From contig JAVBOW010000018.1 in NCBI GenBank assembly GCA_031550125.1, positions 25,572-89,571 on the forward strand: a stretch of DNA of 64,000 nt, given 5' to 3'. Every line of letters starts with the position of its first letter. The first letter of the stretch is position 1. The notes under the pieces are model-generated. The model was not told the DNA's origin, searched no databases, and saw only the letters and a program-made list of their open reading frames with translations. This document shows positions 1 to 9,924 of the stretch, piece by piece. The stretch is from Rikenellaceae bacterium. GTDB lineage: Bacteria > Bacteroidota > Bacteroidia > Bacteroidales > Rikenellaceae. The position numbers were made by a program, and so were the translations under genes.

Positions 1-316
1 AAACAATAAGCGAAACGAGTGCCACCGCGAAGAGCCAAACCGCGCCTTTCTGGTGTCCCACATATATAAGGAACGTGCTTGCCACGCACAGCAACAGGCT
101 TAATATCCCGAGTATTTGCATTGTACGCATCATGTAGAGCCTGCGCCGCAGGTTGGCTATCTGAGGCGGGATGGACGGCGACTGGGTCTTCTGGTATTCT
201 GCCGAGATGTTGCGGATTATCTGGGCGTAGGCCAGGAAGCGGTTGGTGTATGCGAGCATTATGAGCGACACGGCCGAAAATAATATCGACGGGGTTGCCA
301 GGGTAAGTTCTTCCAT
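1..316 (-). CDS. DUF2721-like small integral membrane protein (partial; C-terminus lies beyond the window start)
   Basis: Absent from the ORF track because it runs off the window edge. Reverse-strand ATG at 316-314, and the frame stays open to position 2. Hand translation MEELTLATPSILFSAVSLIMLAYTNRFLAYAQIIRNISAEYQKTQSPSIPPQIANLRRRLYMMRTMQILGILSLLLCVASTFLIYVGHQKGAVWLFAVALVSLIV shows alternating hydrophobic helices. The family name is recalled from memory, not searched. Confidence 0.5.
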   Translation of the reverse strand, partial: MEELTLATPSILFSAVSLIMLAYTNRFLAYAQIIRNISAEYQKTQSPSIPPQIANLRRRLYMMRTMQILGILSLLLCVASTFLIYVGHQKGAVWLFAVALVSLIV

Positions 317-438
317 GTTTCAGTATGTTTGGATGTGCGAAATTACTATAATTTTCCCTTATCGCCCTATAAAAAGAAATGATAGCGAAGTTAGGCAGAG
401 AATTTGTATCTTTGTAAAGACTCCAAAATCTATCTAAT

Positions 439-1014
439 ATGAAAAGTGTAAAAGGAACGGAAACCGAAAAAAATCTACTCAAATCATTTGCGGGCGAATC
501 GCAGGCGCGTACCCGCTATACCTATTTCGCCAGTGTGGCCAAGAAAGAGGGCTTCGAACAGATAGCCGGCGTATTCGCCGAAACCGCAGACCAGGAGAAG
601 GAACACGCCAAGCGTTTCTTCAAATTCCTCGAAGGAGGCATGCTGGAGATCACCGCATCGTATCCTGCGGGCCGCATGGGTACAACCAAAGAAAACCTTA
701 TGGCTGCCGCGGCAGGCGAAAACGAGGAGTGGACGGAACTTTATCCTACTTTTGCCGAGATAGCCCAGAGAGAGGGTTTCGACGCCATCGCCAAAGTATG
801 GCTTTCGATAGCCAGCGTCGAGAAAGAGCATGAACGCCGCTACCGCGCCCTGCTCGAGAGGGTGGAGGCCGAGAAGGTGTTCGAACGCGACGAACCCATA
901 GACTGGCAGTGCCGCAACTGCGGCTATATCCACAACGGTGCGGAGGCTCCCGACGTATGCCCGTCGTGCGCCCACCCGCAGGCTTATTTCGAGCCTATGA
1001 AAAAGAACTATTAA
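439..1014 (+). CDS. rbr: Rubrerythrin (canonical)
   Basis: 191-aa ORF. Ferritin-like four-helix domain with AGESQ, both ExxH pairs (QEKEH, VEKEH) and GENEEW. C-terminal rubredoxin-like CxxC...CxxC (CRNCG ... CPSCA). Confidence 0.93.
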   Translation: MKSVKGTETEKNLLKSFAGESQARTRYTYFASVAKKEGFEQIAGVFAETADQEKEHAKRFFKFLEGGMLEITASYPAGRMGTTKENLMAAAAGENEEWTELYPTFAEIAQREGFDAIAKVWLSIASVEKEHERRYRALLERVEAEKVFERDEPIDWQCRNCGYIHNGAEAPDVCPSCAHPQAYFEPMKKNY

Positions 1015-1038
1015 GCCGGGATGCCGGATGATGCGCGA

Positions 1039-1075
1039 GACGCCGGACTGTTTTCAGTCCGGCGTCCCGCGTTTG
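1039..1075. terminator. Hairpin terminator between convergent rbr and the acyltransferase gene
   Basis: Perfect 12-bp stem GACGCCGGACTG (1039-1050), loop TTTT, CAGTCCGGCGTC (1055-1066), followed by a T-containing tail. Confidence 0.6.
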
Positions 1076-1098
1076 TGTGAAGAATTGTTATCCCTGGC

Positions 1099-2223
1099 CT
1101 ATAAGAATTTTTTCCTCAGCCATTCCCTTACGGGCATGTCATACAATCTCATGGAAATATATGCTATAATTATGCAGGCGGCGACGCACGCCAGGGCCGC
1201 AGGCCAGCTTTGTTCCAGCGAAAGGCTGTTGTTGGCTACCCATGCCATGTAAACGTACATTACCGGATAATGCGTGATGTAGATGGGGTAGGAGATGTCG
1301 CCGAGGAATTTGCACGCTTTCGAAGCCAGCTTTCCTTCCACCTTTCCTCCCGCGCCGAGCCATATTGTCAGCGGGAACATTACCATCAGGCAAACACACT
1401 CGTACAGGCCGTTCATCCAGTAGTTTGTCGAGCCTCCCACCCTGGGCGCGGACAGCAGCGCTATCAGCATAACGCCCGCGATAGGAAAAGCGTGCTTTAT
1501 ATGGCGCAACCTGGCCGTCCTGGCCAGAAGCATGCCTGCCAGGAAAGGGAACGCCAGGCGCGTGAACCCTATCCTGAGCTGCGTTGGATCGAGCGACCAG
1601 CCTCCGATAATGTCTCCCTGCGGATTGGTCAGCGCATAGTGTATGGTTATTCCGGCAGCTGCTGCCGTCAATAAGGTCAGAATTGTCCGGGATGTGCGAC
1701 GCAGGAATAAGGCGTAGGCGATATTGGCAATATATTCGAAGAATAGCGTCCATGCAGGCCCGTTAAGCGGATGCATTTCGTTCCATCCCCTGATGTCGAG
1801 TCCTTTGCCCACGGGGATCAATGTGGAGCCGATAAGCATAACCAGTAACATGGTAAGGACGGGGACTTCATGTATGCCGCCCCATCCCATACCGGGGGAA
1901 TCCTGGAAATAGAACAGCGCCGCGCCTATGGCCGAGCCTGCGATGATCATGGGCTGAAGGCGGATGAGCCTTCGCTTAAAGAAATCCTTCAGCGTCATTT
2001 TGCCCCAGCGATCGTCATAAGCATAGGAAACCACGTAGCCCGAAAGAAGGAAAAAAAAATCTACGGCCAGATATCCGTGGTTTATTATCTGGTCGATATG
2101 GCTGCCGTTGGCATGGGTCTCGAAAACATGGAAAAATACCACCATCAGGGCGGCCACGCCTCGCAGGCCGTCCAGGATCTCATAATGCGGCTTGGATTCG
2201 GCCAAATTTGACTGTCGTTTCAT
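1099..2223 (-). CDS. Acyltransferase family 3 membrane O-acyltransferase
   Basis: The ORF-track start at 2271 is a TTG. The first ATG (2223) gives MKRQSNLAESKPHYEILDGLRGVAALMVVFFH, the typical acyltransferase-3 N-terminus. The protein is strongly hydrophobic and multi-pass throughout. Confidence 0.8.
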   Translation of the reverse strand: MKRQSNLAESKPHYEILDGLRGVAALMVVFFHVFETHANGSHIDQIINHGYLAVDFFFLLSGYVVSYAYDDRWGKMTLKDFFKRRLIRLQPMIIAGSAIGAALFYFQDSPGMGWGGIHEVPVLTMLLVMLIGSTLIPVGKGLDIRGWNEMHPLNGPAWTLFFEYIANIAYALFLRRTSRTILTLLTAAAAGITIHYALTNPQGDIIGGWSLDPTQLRIGFTRLAFPFLAGMLLARTARLRHIKHAFPIAGVMLIALLSAPRVGGSTNYWMNGLYECVCLMVMFPLTIWLGAGGKVEGKLASKACKFLGDISYPIYITHYPVMYVYMAWVANNSLSLEQSWPAALACVAACIIIAYISMRLYDMPVREWLRKKFL

Positions 2224-2302
2224 AATGACAGATAGTATTTTTGTATTTTCCGACAGAGAGGCCGTCGGCAACCTGAAATAAAATACAGTGCGGAGCCGGA
2301 TA

Positions 2303-3961
2303 TTATTCGACCGTTATCCCGGCGTCGGCCAGAAGTCTCAGTCCTATATCTTTCATCTTGTATTTCTGTATCTTGCCGCTGGCCGTCATGGGGAAACTGT
2401 CCACGAAGAAGATGTATTTCGGTATTTTGTAGCGCGCTATGTTCCCGCGGCAGAATAGTTTGACCTCCTCTTCCGTCAGGCTGCACCCTTCCTTTACCTT
2501 TATGAAAGCGCCTACCTGCTCGCCGTATTTGGCGCTGGGTATGCCCACCACCTCCACCGACTGGATGGCCGGCATGTTGTAAAGGAAGTTCTCCACCTCG
2601 CGCGGATAGATGTTCTCGCCTCCGCGGATTATCATCTCCTTTATGCGGCCCGTAATGCGGAAATAGCCGTTTTCGTCCATCGTACCCAGGTCGCCCGAGT
2701 GAAGGAAACCGTTCTTGTCTATCACTGCGGCGGTGGCTTCAGGGTTTTTATAGTAACCTTTCATTACGTTGTAACCCCGGCAGCACATCTCTCCCTGCAC
2801 TCCCGGAGGGCATTCGTTACCCGTTTCTGGATCGAGAACCTTCACCTCCACGCCGGGGTAGGCGCGTCCCACCGTTGTGCAGCGTATCTCTTTGGTGTCG
2901 TCAACCGAGGTGCATGTCATGCCCGGCGACGATTCCGTAAGGCCGTATACTATTATTATGTCCTTGCAGTACATCTTCTCCATGACCTGCGTCATGGATT
3001 CGATGGGGCAGGGCGCTCCTGCCATTATGCCCGTACGCAGGGATTTGAGGTCGAACATGCCGAACATCGGGTGGTTGAGTTCCGCTATGAACATGGTAGG
3101 TACGCCATAGATGGATGTGCAGCGTTCGCTTGCCACCGAAGCCAGGGCTTTGAGAGGGTCGAATTCCTCGAGTATGACCAGCGACGAGCCGTGCGTGACG
3201 GCCGAGCATACGGCCAGCACGCATCCGAAACAGTGGAAAAGCGGCACGGGCGTCAGTATCTTGTCCTTTTCTGTGTATTGCATGGCATCGCCGGTAGCCT
3301 GGCCGCAATTGAGTATGTTGTGGTGGGTGAGCATAACCCCTTTCGGGAAACCCGTCGTACCTGAAGTGTACTGCATATTCACCTCCTGATGGCAGTCTAT
3401 CGACGACGACACCTCGCGCAATTCCCCGTCCTCGATATGCTGGCCCATCATCAGCAATTCGGTTGTGTTGTACATGCCCCTCTGCTTCTCCTGGCCTATG
3501 TAAACCACGTTGCGCAACTCGGGGAATTTGGCGCTGCAAAGTTTGCCTCGCCCTGCGGTTTTGAGTTCCGGCACAAGCTCGTACATCATCTGCACATAGT
3601 CGCTGTCGCGGTAGCCGTTAACCATGCACATGGTGTGTATGTCGGCGTTCTTCATTATGAATTCCACTTCGGAGAGCTTGTAGTTGGTGTTTACCGTCAC
3701 AAGTACCGATCCCGTTTTGGCCGCCGCGAACATGAAGGTGGCCCAGTCCGGGACATTCTTGGCCCATACGCCTACCTTTTTCCCGGGGCCGGCCCCTATG
3801 GCCAGCAAGCCTTTGGCCAGGTTGTCCACGCGCCTGTTGAATTCGCTGTAGGTGAAGCGCAGGCCGCGGTCGGGATAGATGATAAAATCGTTGTCCGGAG
3901 TTTGGGCCGCATATTTTTCGAGTATTCCGCCCAGCGTGTAATCTATGAGTTGTGAAGCCAT
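2303..3961 (-). CDS. AMP-binding acyl-CoA synthetase / fatty-acid-CoA ligase family protein
   Basis: 552 aa. AMP-binding signature YTSGTTGFPKG, later GYYKNPEAT and GDLG motifs, and C-terminal SGKIQK. Confidence 0.85.
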   Translation of the reverse strand: MASQLIDYTLGGILEKYAAQTPDNDFIIYPDRGLRFTYSEFNRRVDNLAKGLLAIGAGPGKKVGVWAKNVPDWATFMFAAAKTGSVLVTVNTNYKLSEVEFIMKNADIHTMCMVNGYRDSDYVQMMYELVPELKTAGRGKLCSAKFPELRNVVYIGQEKQRGMYNTTELLMMGQHIEDGELREVSSSIDCHQEVNMQYTSGTTGFPKGVMLTHHNILNCGQATGDAMQYTEKDKILTPVPLFHCFGCVLAVCSAVTHGSSLVILEEFDPLKALASVASERCTSIYGVPTMFIAELNHPMFGMFDLKSLRTGIMAGAPCPIESMTQVMEKMYCKDIIIVYGLTESSPGMTCTSVDDTKEIRCTTVGRAYPGVEVKVLDPETGNECPPGVQGEMCCRGYNVMKGYYKNPEATAAVIDKNGFLHSGDLGTMDENGYFRITGRIKEMIIRGGENIYPREVENFLYNMPAIQSVEVVGIPSAKYGEQVGAFIKVKEGCSLTEEEVKLFCRGNIARYKIPKYIFFVDSFPMTASGKIQKYKMKDIGLRLLADAGITVE

Positions 3962-3989
3962 ATAGCTACGATGTCCAAAAAATGAATTT

Positions 3990-4565
3990 TTAATAAGGGG
4001 TGTATGTTACGGCTATGACCCTGGCTTGCGCGGCATCTTTAGACAGGGTGGAGACGCAATGCGGTACGAGTGAGTCGTAATATATGCTTTCGCCGCTCTT
4101 AAGGCCGTAGTTCTCAGACCCGTATCGCAGTTCTATCTCTCCTTCCAGCACATAGAGGAATTCCTCTCCTTCGTGCATCGACATATTCTCTCGCGAGGGT
4201 TCGGCGTAAGATACGCTTACGATGAGAGGATCCATGTTGCGGTCTATCTTGCGTTGGGCCAAAGAGTAAAATTGCAGGTGCTTGCGTGCGTCTTCGTTGT
4301 CGTTGGAGAAGCTTATCGCCTGTTTCTGCTCGTCGAGCGAGCATTTTACGGGACCAGAGTGTTCCTGTCCGTCGAGAATCGTTCCCAGGCGCACCTGCAA
4401 TGCCCTCGACAGTTTTATTAGCGTGGCCATCGACGGAATTTGCGTCCCGTTCTCGATGAGTTCCAGTTGCGAGACGTGTATTCCCGCAATATCGGCCAGC
4501 TGCGCGGCCTGCAATTTGGCGGCTTCGCGCAGATGCTTGATTTTCAATCCTAAATGTTCTGACAT
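3990..4565 (-). CDS. XRE-family HTH transcriptional regulator with C-terminal cupin domain
   Basis: N-terminal HTH (LREAAKLQAAQLADIAGIHVSQLELIENG). C-terminal cupin-like GEEFLYVLEGEIELRYG ... SIYYDSLVPH. Confidence 0.8.
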   Translation of the reverse strand: MSEHLGLKIKHLREAAKLQAAQLADIAGIHVSQLELIENGTQIPSMATLIKLSRALQVRLGTILDGQEHSGPVKCSLDEQKQAISFSNDNEDARKHLQFYSLAQRKIDRNMDPLIVSVSYAEPSRENMSMHEGEEFLYVLEGEIELRYGSENYGLKSGESIYYDSLVPHCVSTLSKDAAQARVIAVTYTPY

Positions 4566-4667
4566 GGCTTTGGGTGAGAGTTGCTGTTTTTTATTGGCTC
4601 AAAAATACTCCCGGCGTGCGGCGATCCGCTAAGCCGGTCTCAAAATTCTACGATGCCCAAATCCTGT

Positions 4668-4698
4668 TTTGTATTGTCACGTCAAACGCTTACATTTG
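4668..4698 (+). promoter_or_regulatory. Bacteroidetes-type promoter (-33 TTTG / -7 TAnnTTTG) for the acetylesterase gene
   Basis: TTTG at 4668-4671 and TACATTTG at 4691-4698, separated by 19 nt. The ATG at 4722 lies 24 nt downstream. Confidence 0.6.
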
Positions 4699-4721
4699 TA
4701 AGATAAGAAATCTTGCAGGCC

Positions 4722-6158
4722 ATGAAAAAACTTCTCTCCGCACTTCTGTGCGTCATCTGTATCTCCGCTGCGGCAAAGGTCAAACTTCCGGCCCTCGTGG
4801 GCAGCAATATGGTGTTGCAGCGCTCCGCTTCGGTTAATTTGTGGGGATGGGCCGACGCCGGCAAGATGGTGACGGTAACCGTTTCCTGGGATGAAAAGAC
4901 GCAATACAGGACTAAGGCGACGCAGGACGGGTCGTGGATACTGAAAGTGGTCACTCCTCACTCGGGGGGGCCGTATATGATAACCGTTTCCGACGGTACG
5001 CCCTTAACGATATCCAACGTTATGATTGGTGAGGTGTGGATATGCTCGGGCCAGTCGAATATGGAGATGTCTTTGGGCGGATATACCGGCCAGCCTGTAG
5101 ACAATTCATTGAAAACCATAGCCGGGGCAGGAGTATACCGCGATCGCATACGCATGTTTTCAGTGCAGCACAAAAGTACTGCGGAGAAACAGGACGACTG
5201 TCCCGGAGCTTCGTGGGAGGTAAGTTCGCCGGCCGCCGCGGAATCATGCAGCGCCACGGCATATTTCTTTGCCCGTAACATCGCCGACGTACTCGACGTG
5301 CCTGTGGGCATAATCATGACGAATTGGGGCGGCTCGCGCATAGAGGCGTGGATGGACGAAAGTTCCGCCGCCGCAACCCCGGGTCTCGACCTGCAGGCCG
5401 CCCGCGAACGCAAAGGTGAAAACCATGGACTTTCGCTGCTTTTCAACGGCATGCTTTGGCCTGTAAGGAATTACACCGCGCGCGGATTTACATGGTATCA
5501 GGGCGAATCTAACCGCAGCGATTACTCCGCCTACGCCGGATCGATGGCTTCCATGGTAGGCCTGTGGAGAAGTCTGTGGGGCGATGCGCAAAACCTCATG
5601 CCGTTCTATTATGTGCAGATTGCTCCGTTTAATTACGGTGACAGCGGCGACATGTTGTCCGGGTACCTTGTGGAGGCCCAATGCAAAGCCCTCGCGCTGA
5701 TACCCAATACGGGTATGGCCGGCACTTCTGATATAGGCGACGAATTTTGCATACATCCTGCGCAGAAGGAAGAAGTGGGTTTTAGGCTGGCCCTGCTGGC
5801 GCTGGTAAAGACCTACGGGCAGAGTGGCCTCCCCTCCGTCGGCCCCGTCTATAAAAACGTTAAATTCAATAAAGAGACTGCCGTGGTGCAGTTCGAGAAC
5901 CTGCCCCGCGGCCTCGATCCGGGCAGGGAAGGGGTGCAGGGCTTCGAACTTGCCGGCGCCGACAGGGTTTTCTATCCGGCCGAGGCGCGCGTCATGCCGG
6001 CCAAATGCCAGGTGGCGCTCACCTCCGAACGCGTACCCGAGCCGGTGGCCGTGCGATACGCTTTCCGTAACTATGCCGCGGCCGGGCTTAAAGATACTTT
6101 CGGCCTGCCCGCATTCCCTTTCCGTACGGACGACTGGAGTTATACGCCCGCCAGGTAG
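4722..6158 (+). CDS. Sialate O-acetylesterase-like (SASA/DUF303) secreted esterase
   Basis: The ORF-track start at 4713 is a TTG. The ATG at 4722 gives the signal peptide MKKLLSALLCVICISAAA. Contains the GEVWICSGQSNME active-site block typical of the family. Confidence 0.8.
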   Translation: MKKLLSALLCVICISAAAKVKLPALVGSNMVLQRSASVNLWGWADAGKMVTVTVSWDEKTQYRTKATQDGSWILKVVTPHSGGPYMITVSDGTPLTISNVMIGEVWICSGQSNMEMSLGGYTGQPVDNSLKTIAGAGVYRDRIRMFSVQHKSTAEKQDDCPGASWEVSSPAAAESCSATAYFFARNIADVLDVPVGIIMTNWGGSRIEAWMDESSAAATPGLDLQAARERKGENHGLSLLFNGMLWPVRNYTARGFTWYQGESNRSDYSAYAGSMASMVGLWRSLWGDAQNLMPFYYVQIAPFNYGDSGDMLSGYLVEAQCKALALIPNTGMAGTSDIGDEFCIHPAQKEEVGFRLALLALVKTYGQSGLPSVGPVYKNVKFNKETAVVQFENLPRGLDPGREGVQGFELAGADRVFYPAEARVMPAKCQVALTSERVPEPVAVRYAFRNYAAAGLKDTFGLPAFPFRTDDWSYTPAR

Positions 6159-6226
6159 AAATATCCAAAAACCTGTTATCTTTGTGGCGTTAACACACAA
6201 TTTCGGGCGGACAGGAACGTTTTTAT

Positions 6227-6970
6227 ATGGTCATCCGCCGGTTTATGAAGAGAATAGCTGCCATAACGATCGCCCTTGCGCTGCCCGCAATACTTTGCGC
6301 GCAAAACTACGAAGCACCCGACAACGATAAGATCCTTGCCGGGACGCTCAATGCGGCTTCGCCGTTCTATTATCCGGCCCTGATGAGTCGCTACATGGAT
6401 GGCGGGCAGGGTCTTTCGGCCGAAGACTACCGCTATCTTTACTACGGCTACGCCTACAGCGACGACTATAAACCCCTCGATCCCGTGCCGGGCGCGGACG
6501 AGATACTCATGATCCTCGAAAAATCCAACGTACCCGATTCGTCGCAGTGCCGCCGCATATTGGAATGCGGCAGGCTGGCGATGCGCCGCGATCCGTTCAG
6601 TCCTTCCACCCTGAATATAATGGCCTACGCCTGCGCGCTGCTGGGCGATACGCTCCAGGCTCGTAGCTTCAATGCCCGCCGCCTTGCCGTCATCAATACC
6701 ATAAAATGTTCGGGGTCGGGGGTGAAGGAATCCTCGCCATGGGCGATACTTTCGTTCTCGCATGCCGAGGATGTGCTTGTCTCCATGGGCCTTAGCGCCT
6801 CGGGTCGCAGGGTGGTGTCGCGCACGGCGGAATATATAGAGACGGGTAAAAGTAAAGATAAAATAAAAGGTTATTTCTTCGATTTCAGCAGGATATATTG
6901 GATAAAACCAGAAACGACGCCTGAAAAACGTCCCGCCGGATTTGAAGTGAACGGTGTAAAAGTCAAATAA
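6227..6970 (+). CDS. DUF4919-like secreted protein
   Basis: 247-aa ORF; an alternative ATG at 6245 gives MKRIAAITIALALPAILCAQ. Has a signal peptide. YRYLYYGYAYSDDY and a helical-repeat character resemble DUF4919 proteins as I recall them. Its TAA stop overlaps the next ATG (TAATG at 6968-6972). Confidence 0.55.
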   Translation: MVIRRFMKRIAAITIALALPAILCAQNYEAPDNDKILAGTLNAASPFYYPALMSRYMDGGQGLSAEDYRYLYYGYAYSDDYKPLDPVPGADEILMILEKSNVPDSSQCRRILECGRLAMRRDPFSPSTLNIMAYACALLGDTLQARSFNARRLAVINTIKCSGSGVKESSPWAILSFSHAEDVLVSMGLSASGRRVVSRTAEYIETGKSKDKIKGYFFDFSRIYWIKPETTPEKRPAGFEVNGVKVK

Positions 6971-8223
6971 TGATAAGAAAGTTACTCATAGTCTCGTCGC
7001 TGTTTGCGGCGCTCCTTATTTCCGGTTGCGAAAAGTTCGATCCGCAACCGGAATATGCCATGCCCCGCAGCCAGACCAAGCGTACGCTGCTCGTTTACCT
7101 TGCAATGAACAACTCACTGAGTATCTACGCCAACCAGAACGTACAGTCGATACTGAAAGGCGTCACGAGGCAAACGCTCGGCTCCAACCGCCTGTTTATA
7201 TATAAAGCCGACCGCACGGGTCAGCCCGTGCTGATGGAGGTACGCCTTAACGGAGGCGGCAGAAGCTATCTCGACACATTGTTAAAATATCCGGCGCAAT
7301 ACTCGGTCGCGCCGTCCGTTATGCGCGGTGTACTTGACAAGGTCAAAGAACTGTCGCCCTCGGATACGTACGCCATGGATATAGGGTCGCACGGAAGCAA
7401 CTGGATGGTGGACGGCCTGCCCATCCCCTCTGCCGCATATTCCACCCACGGGACGACGTTGCTCAAATCGCATACGCGCCCGCTATGGCTAACCCCGCTC
7501 AAGGAGGTGGAAGGGCTTGCGCCGAGCCGCTCGATAGCCGACGATAACGACAGGTACAGGTTGCAACTTGCCGATTTTGCGGGCATGCTTGCCGACGGAG
7601 AACTGGAATACCTTATGATGGACGCCTGTTACGCGGGGTCGGCCGAGGTGGCTTACGCCCTTCGCAAAAAAGCTTCGTGGCTGGTGCTGTCCCCCGCCGA
7701 AATACCTGGTCAGGGAATGCCCTACGATCAGATAATAGGCGATCTGATGGCCGATGCGCCGCGCCTGGGGCAGGTGTGCAAAAAATACTACGACTATTAC
7801 AACGCCAAAGGTTATCCCTATTACGGCGACTACTATGCTACGGTGGCCCTCTACGACTGCTCGGCCATGGATGCCCTGGCGGCGGCTTTCAGGCCTGTAG
7901 CCCAGGCCTGCGCGGCGAAGATAGAGGCTATGGATACCGGCCTGCTGCAGCGATACGACACCTATCAGATCCACACTATGTTCGACATATACGATCTGGT
8001 GCAGAAACTTATCCCCAACCAGCAGGACGCCAACTACGCTTTACGTCAGGCTTTCGAGCAAGCCCTGGAGGCAGCCGTGCCGTATAAGGCCGCCACAGCC
8101 GTCGTACGTGGTTTCCCTATGGATGTGTTCCACGGGATGAGCGTCTTCGTGCCTGCCTCGTCGATGCCTTCGGAGTTGAAAGCCGATTACAGGCAAACAG
8201 CCTGGTATTCGGCGGTTTATTGA
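6970..8223 (+). CDS. Clostripain-like cysteine peptidase (family C11) lipoprotein
   Basis: Lipobox LLISGC. His/Cys dyad context DIGSHGSNW ... YLMMDACYAGS, as in C11 enzymes of gut Bacteroidales (PmC11, fragipain). Confidence 0.75.
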   Translation: MIRKLLIVSSLFAALLISGCEKFDPQPEYAMPRSQTKRTLLVYLAMNNSLSIYANQNVQSILKGVTRQTLGSNRLFIYKADRTGQPVLMEVRLNGGGRSYLDTLLKYPAQYSVAPSVMRGVLDKVKELSPSDTYAMDIGSHGSNWMVDGLPIPSAAYSTHGTTLLKSHTRPLWLTPLKEVEGLAPSRSIADDNDRYRLQLADFAGMLADGELEYLMMDACYAGSAEVAYALRKKASWLVLSPAEIPGQGMPYDQIIGDLMADAPRLGQVCKKYYDYYNAKGYPYYGDYYATVALYDCSAMDALAAAFRPVAQACAAKIEAMDTGLLQRYDTYQIHTMFDIYDLVQKLIPNQQDANYALRQAFEQALEAAVPYKAATAVVRGFPMDVFHGMSVFVPASSMPSELKADYRQTAWYSAVY

Positions 8224-8245
8224 TGACTCGCGGATGGGCGGCAAA

Positions 8246-8452
8246 TCACTCTTTACCCTCGTCCAGTATACGCCTTACATCGTCGTCGGCTTTCTTTAGT
8301 TTCCGGCGGCACAGTTTTATCAACTCCGTTGCGCGTCCCACCTGCTCGGCGAGAGAGTCCACGTCGAAATCCTCGCTTTCGAAGCGTTTCAAGATGGACT
8401 CTATCTCGGCCATGGCCTGATTGTAGGTTATCTCCTTTTTATCCATGATCAT
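8246..8452 (-). CDS. xseB: Exodeoxyribonuclease VII small subunit
   Basis: 68-aa helical protein (ITYNQAMAEIESILKRFESEDFDVDSL) located directly downstream of xseA. Confidence 0.85.
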   Translation of the reverse strand: MIMDKKEITYNQAMAEIESILKRFESEDFDVDSLAEQVGRATELIKLCRRKLKKADDDVRRILDEGKE

Positions 8453-8535
8453 TGTTATGTGTCGGCTGCACGTTTAGCGCAGCGTCGTTATCGTAAGGCG
8501 CGCCGCTTTTTTGCCCCGCGCATCTGAAATTCATC

Positions 8536-9861
8536 CTAATTTCCGGACTTATCCGTTTTTTCGGCTTTAGCGTAAATCCGGCCGTGTGTCAGAGTGATCT
8601 CCAATGGCTCTCCCGGCTCCACCATGCGGCTGTCGCGCAGGGTTTTGCCTCCCGCGCGTACAATGGCGAAGCCGAGGGCCATTATGCGCGCCGGATCGCG
8701 GCTGTCGGCGCGTCCGGCCATAATGTCGAGCTGTGCCTTGCGTTCTTTTATGAGGCCGTGGCAACGCTCCGTGAGCGACGCGAAAAGCGACTCCGCCCTG
8801 TGTTGCAGCCGGGAGAGGGCGGAAGAAGATTCGAGTGCGATTTTGAAGCCGGCCTCGTCGAGCCGCCTTTCCATCAGGCGCGACAAACCTCCGGCCGCCT
8901 GCGATAGCTTTATTCCGTGCCTGGCCAGGGCGGCGTTGCTTTCGGTTAGCACATTTTGAGCCATTGCCTCAAGGCGCGACGCCGTCTGCGACAGATATTC
9001 CCACTCGGCCGCCATGCCGTCTATAAGGTATGCCGCCACGGCCGTAGGCGTTTTGAGTTCCATGCACGCCACCATGTCGGCCACGCTGCGGTCTTTGTCG
9101 TGGCCTATGCCTGTTATCACGGGCAGGGGGAACTGGGCTATGTGGGCGCACAGGCGGTAGTCGTTGAAACACGACAGGTCGCTCTGCGAACCGCCGCCCC
9201 TGATTATCACTACGGCATCGAAATCGTCCGTGGCCGAAGCGATGGCGTCCAGCGCGGCTATTATGCTTTCGCTGGCGGCGTCGCCCTGCATGAAAGCGTC
9301 GAAGAGCGTCGTGTGAAAATGAAATCCGCTGGCACTCAACTGCATTATAAAATCTTGATATCCCGCGGCATTGCGCGAGGATACCACGGCCAGACGTTGC
9401 GTCGGGATGGGCGGAGTCATCTCCCGGTTCATTCCAAAGACCCCCTCTTGCTGCAGCCGCATGATAGTGGCCTGCCGCTGGCGTTCAATATCGCCCAAGG
9501 TGTATGCCGGATCTATATCGCTCACCTGCAGTGATAACCCGTAAAGTTCGTGGTACGACACCGACACCCTGAGCAGCAACTGCATGCCGGGGGCGATCTC
9601 GCCGCCTGTGGATGCTCGGAAGTGTGCGGCTATGCTGCCCCACGACGAGCGCCACGCCACGGCCTGCGCCGCTGCGCGGGGCTGTCCGCCGCGTGTTCCC
9701 TTTTCGACCAGCTGCATGTAGCAGTGGCCCGAATAATTTACTTTTATATCGCCCACCTCTGCCGTTACCCAGTAGGTCAACGGCATGGATCGCTCCAGCT
9801 CGCGCTTTATGAGCGCCTGCAATTCGGACAGGGCGATATGTTTGACATTAGACGTTTCCAC
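8536..9861 (-). CDS. xseA: Exodeoxyribonuclease VII large subunit
   Basis: Conserved N-terminal OB-fold region (IALSELQALIKRELERSMPLTYWVTAEVGDIKVNYSGHCYMQLVEK) and the IIRGGGSQSDLSCFND motif. There is no in-frame ATG upstream of the conserved N-terminus short of one that would run antisense through prfA. The start is therefore placed at GTG 9861, with TTG 9870 as an alternative. Confidence 0.85.
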   Translation of the reverse strand: METSNVKHIALSELQALIKRELERSMPLTYWVTAEVGDIKVNYSGHCYMQLVEKGTRGGQPRAAAQAVAWRSSWGSIAAHFRASTGGEIAPGMQLLLRVSVSYHELYGLSLQVSDIDPAYTLGDIERQRQATIMRLQQEGVFGMNREMTPPIPTQRLAVVSSRNAAGYQDFIMQLSASGFHFHTTLFDAFMQGDAASESIIAALDAIASATDDFDAVVIIRGGGSQSDLSCFNDYRLCAHIAQFPLPVITGIGHDKDRSVADMVACMELKTPTAVAAYLIDGMAAEWEYLSQTASRLEAMAQNVLTESNAALARHGIKLSQAAGGLSRLMERRLDEAGFKIALESSSALSRLQHRAESLFASLTERCHGLIKERKAQLDIMAGRADSRDPARIMALGFAIVRAGGKTLRDSRMVEPGEPLEITLTHGRIYAKAEKTDKSGN

Positions 9862-9924
9862 GGCAAGCAAAAGTACGGAATTTGCAGGAAATTGACTATA
9901 TTTGCGCCACGAAAAATCATCCCG

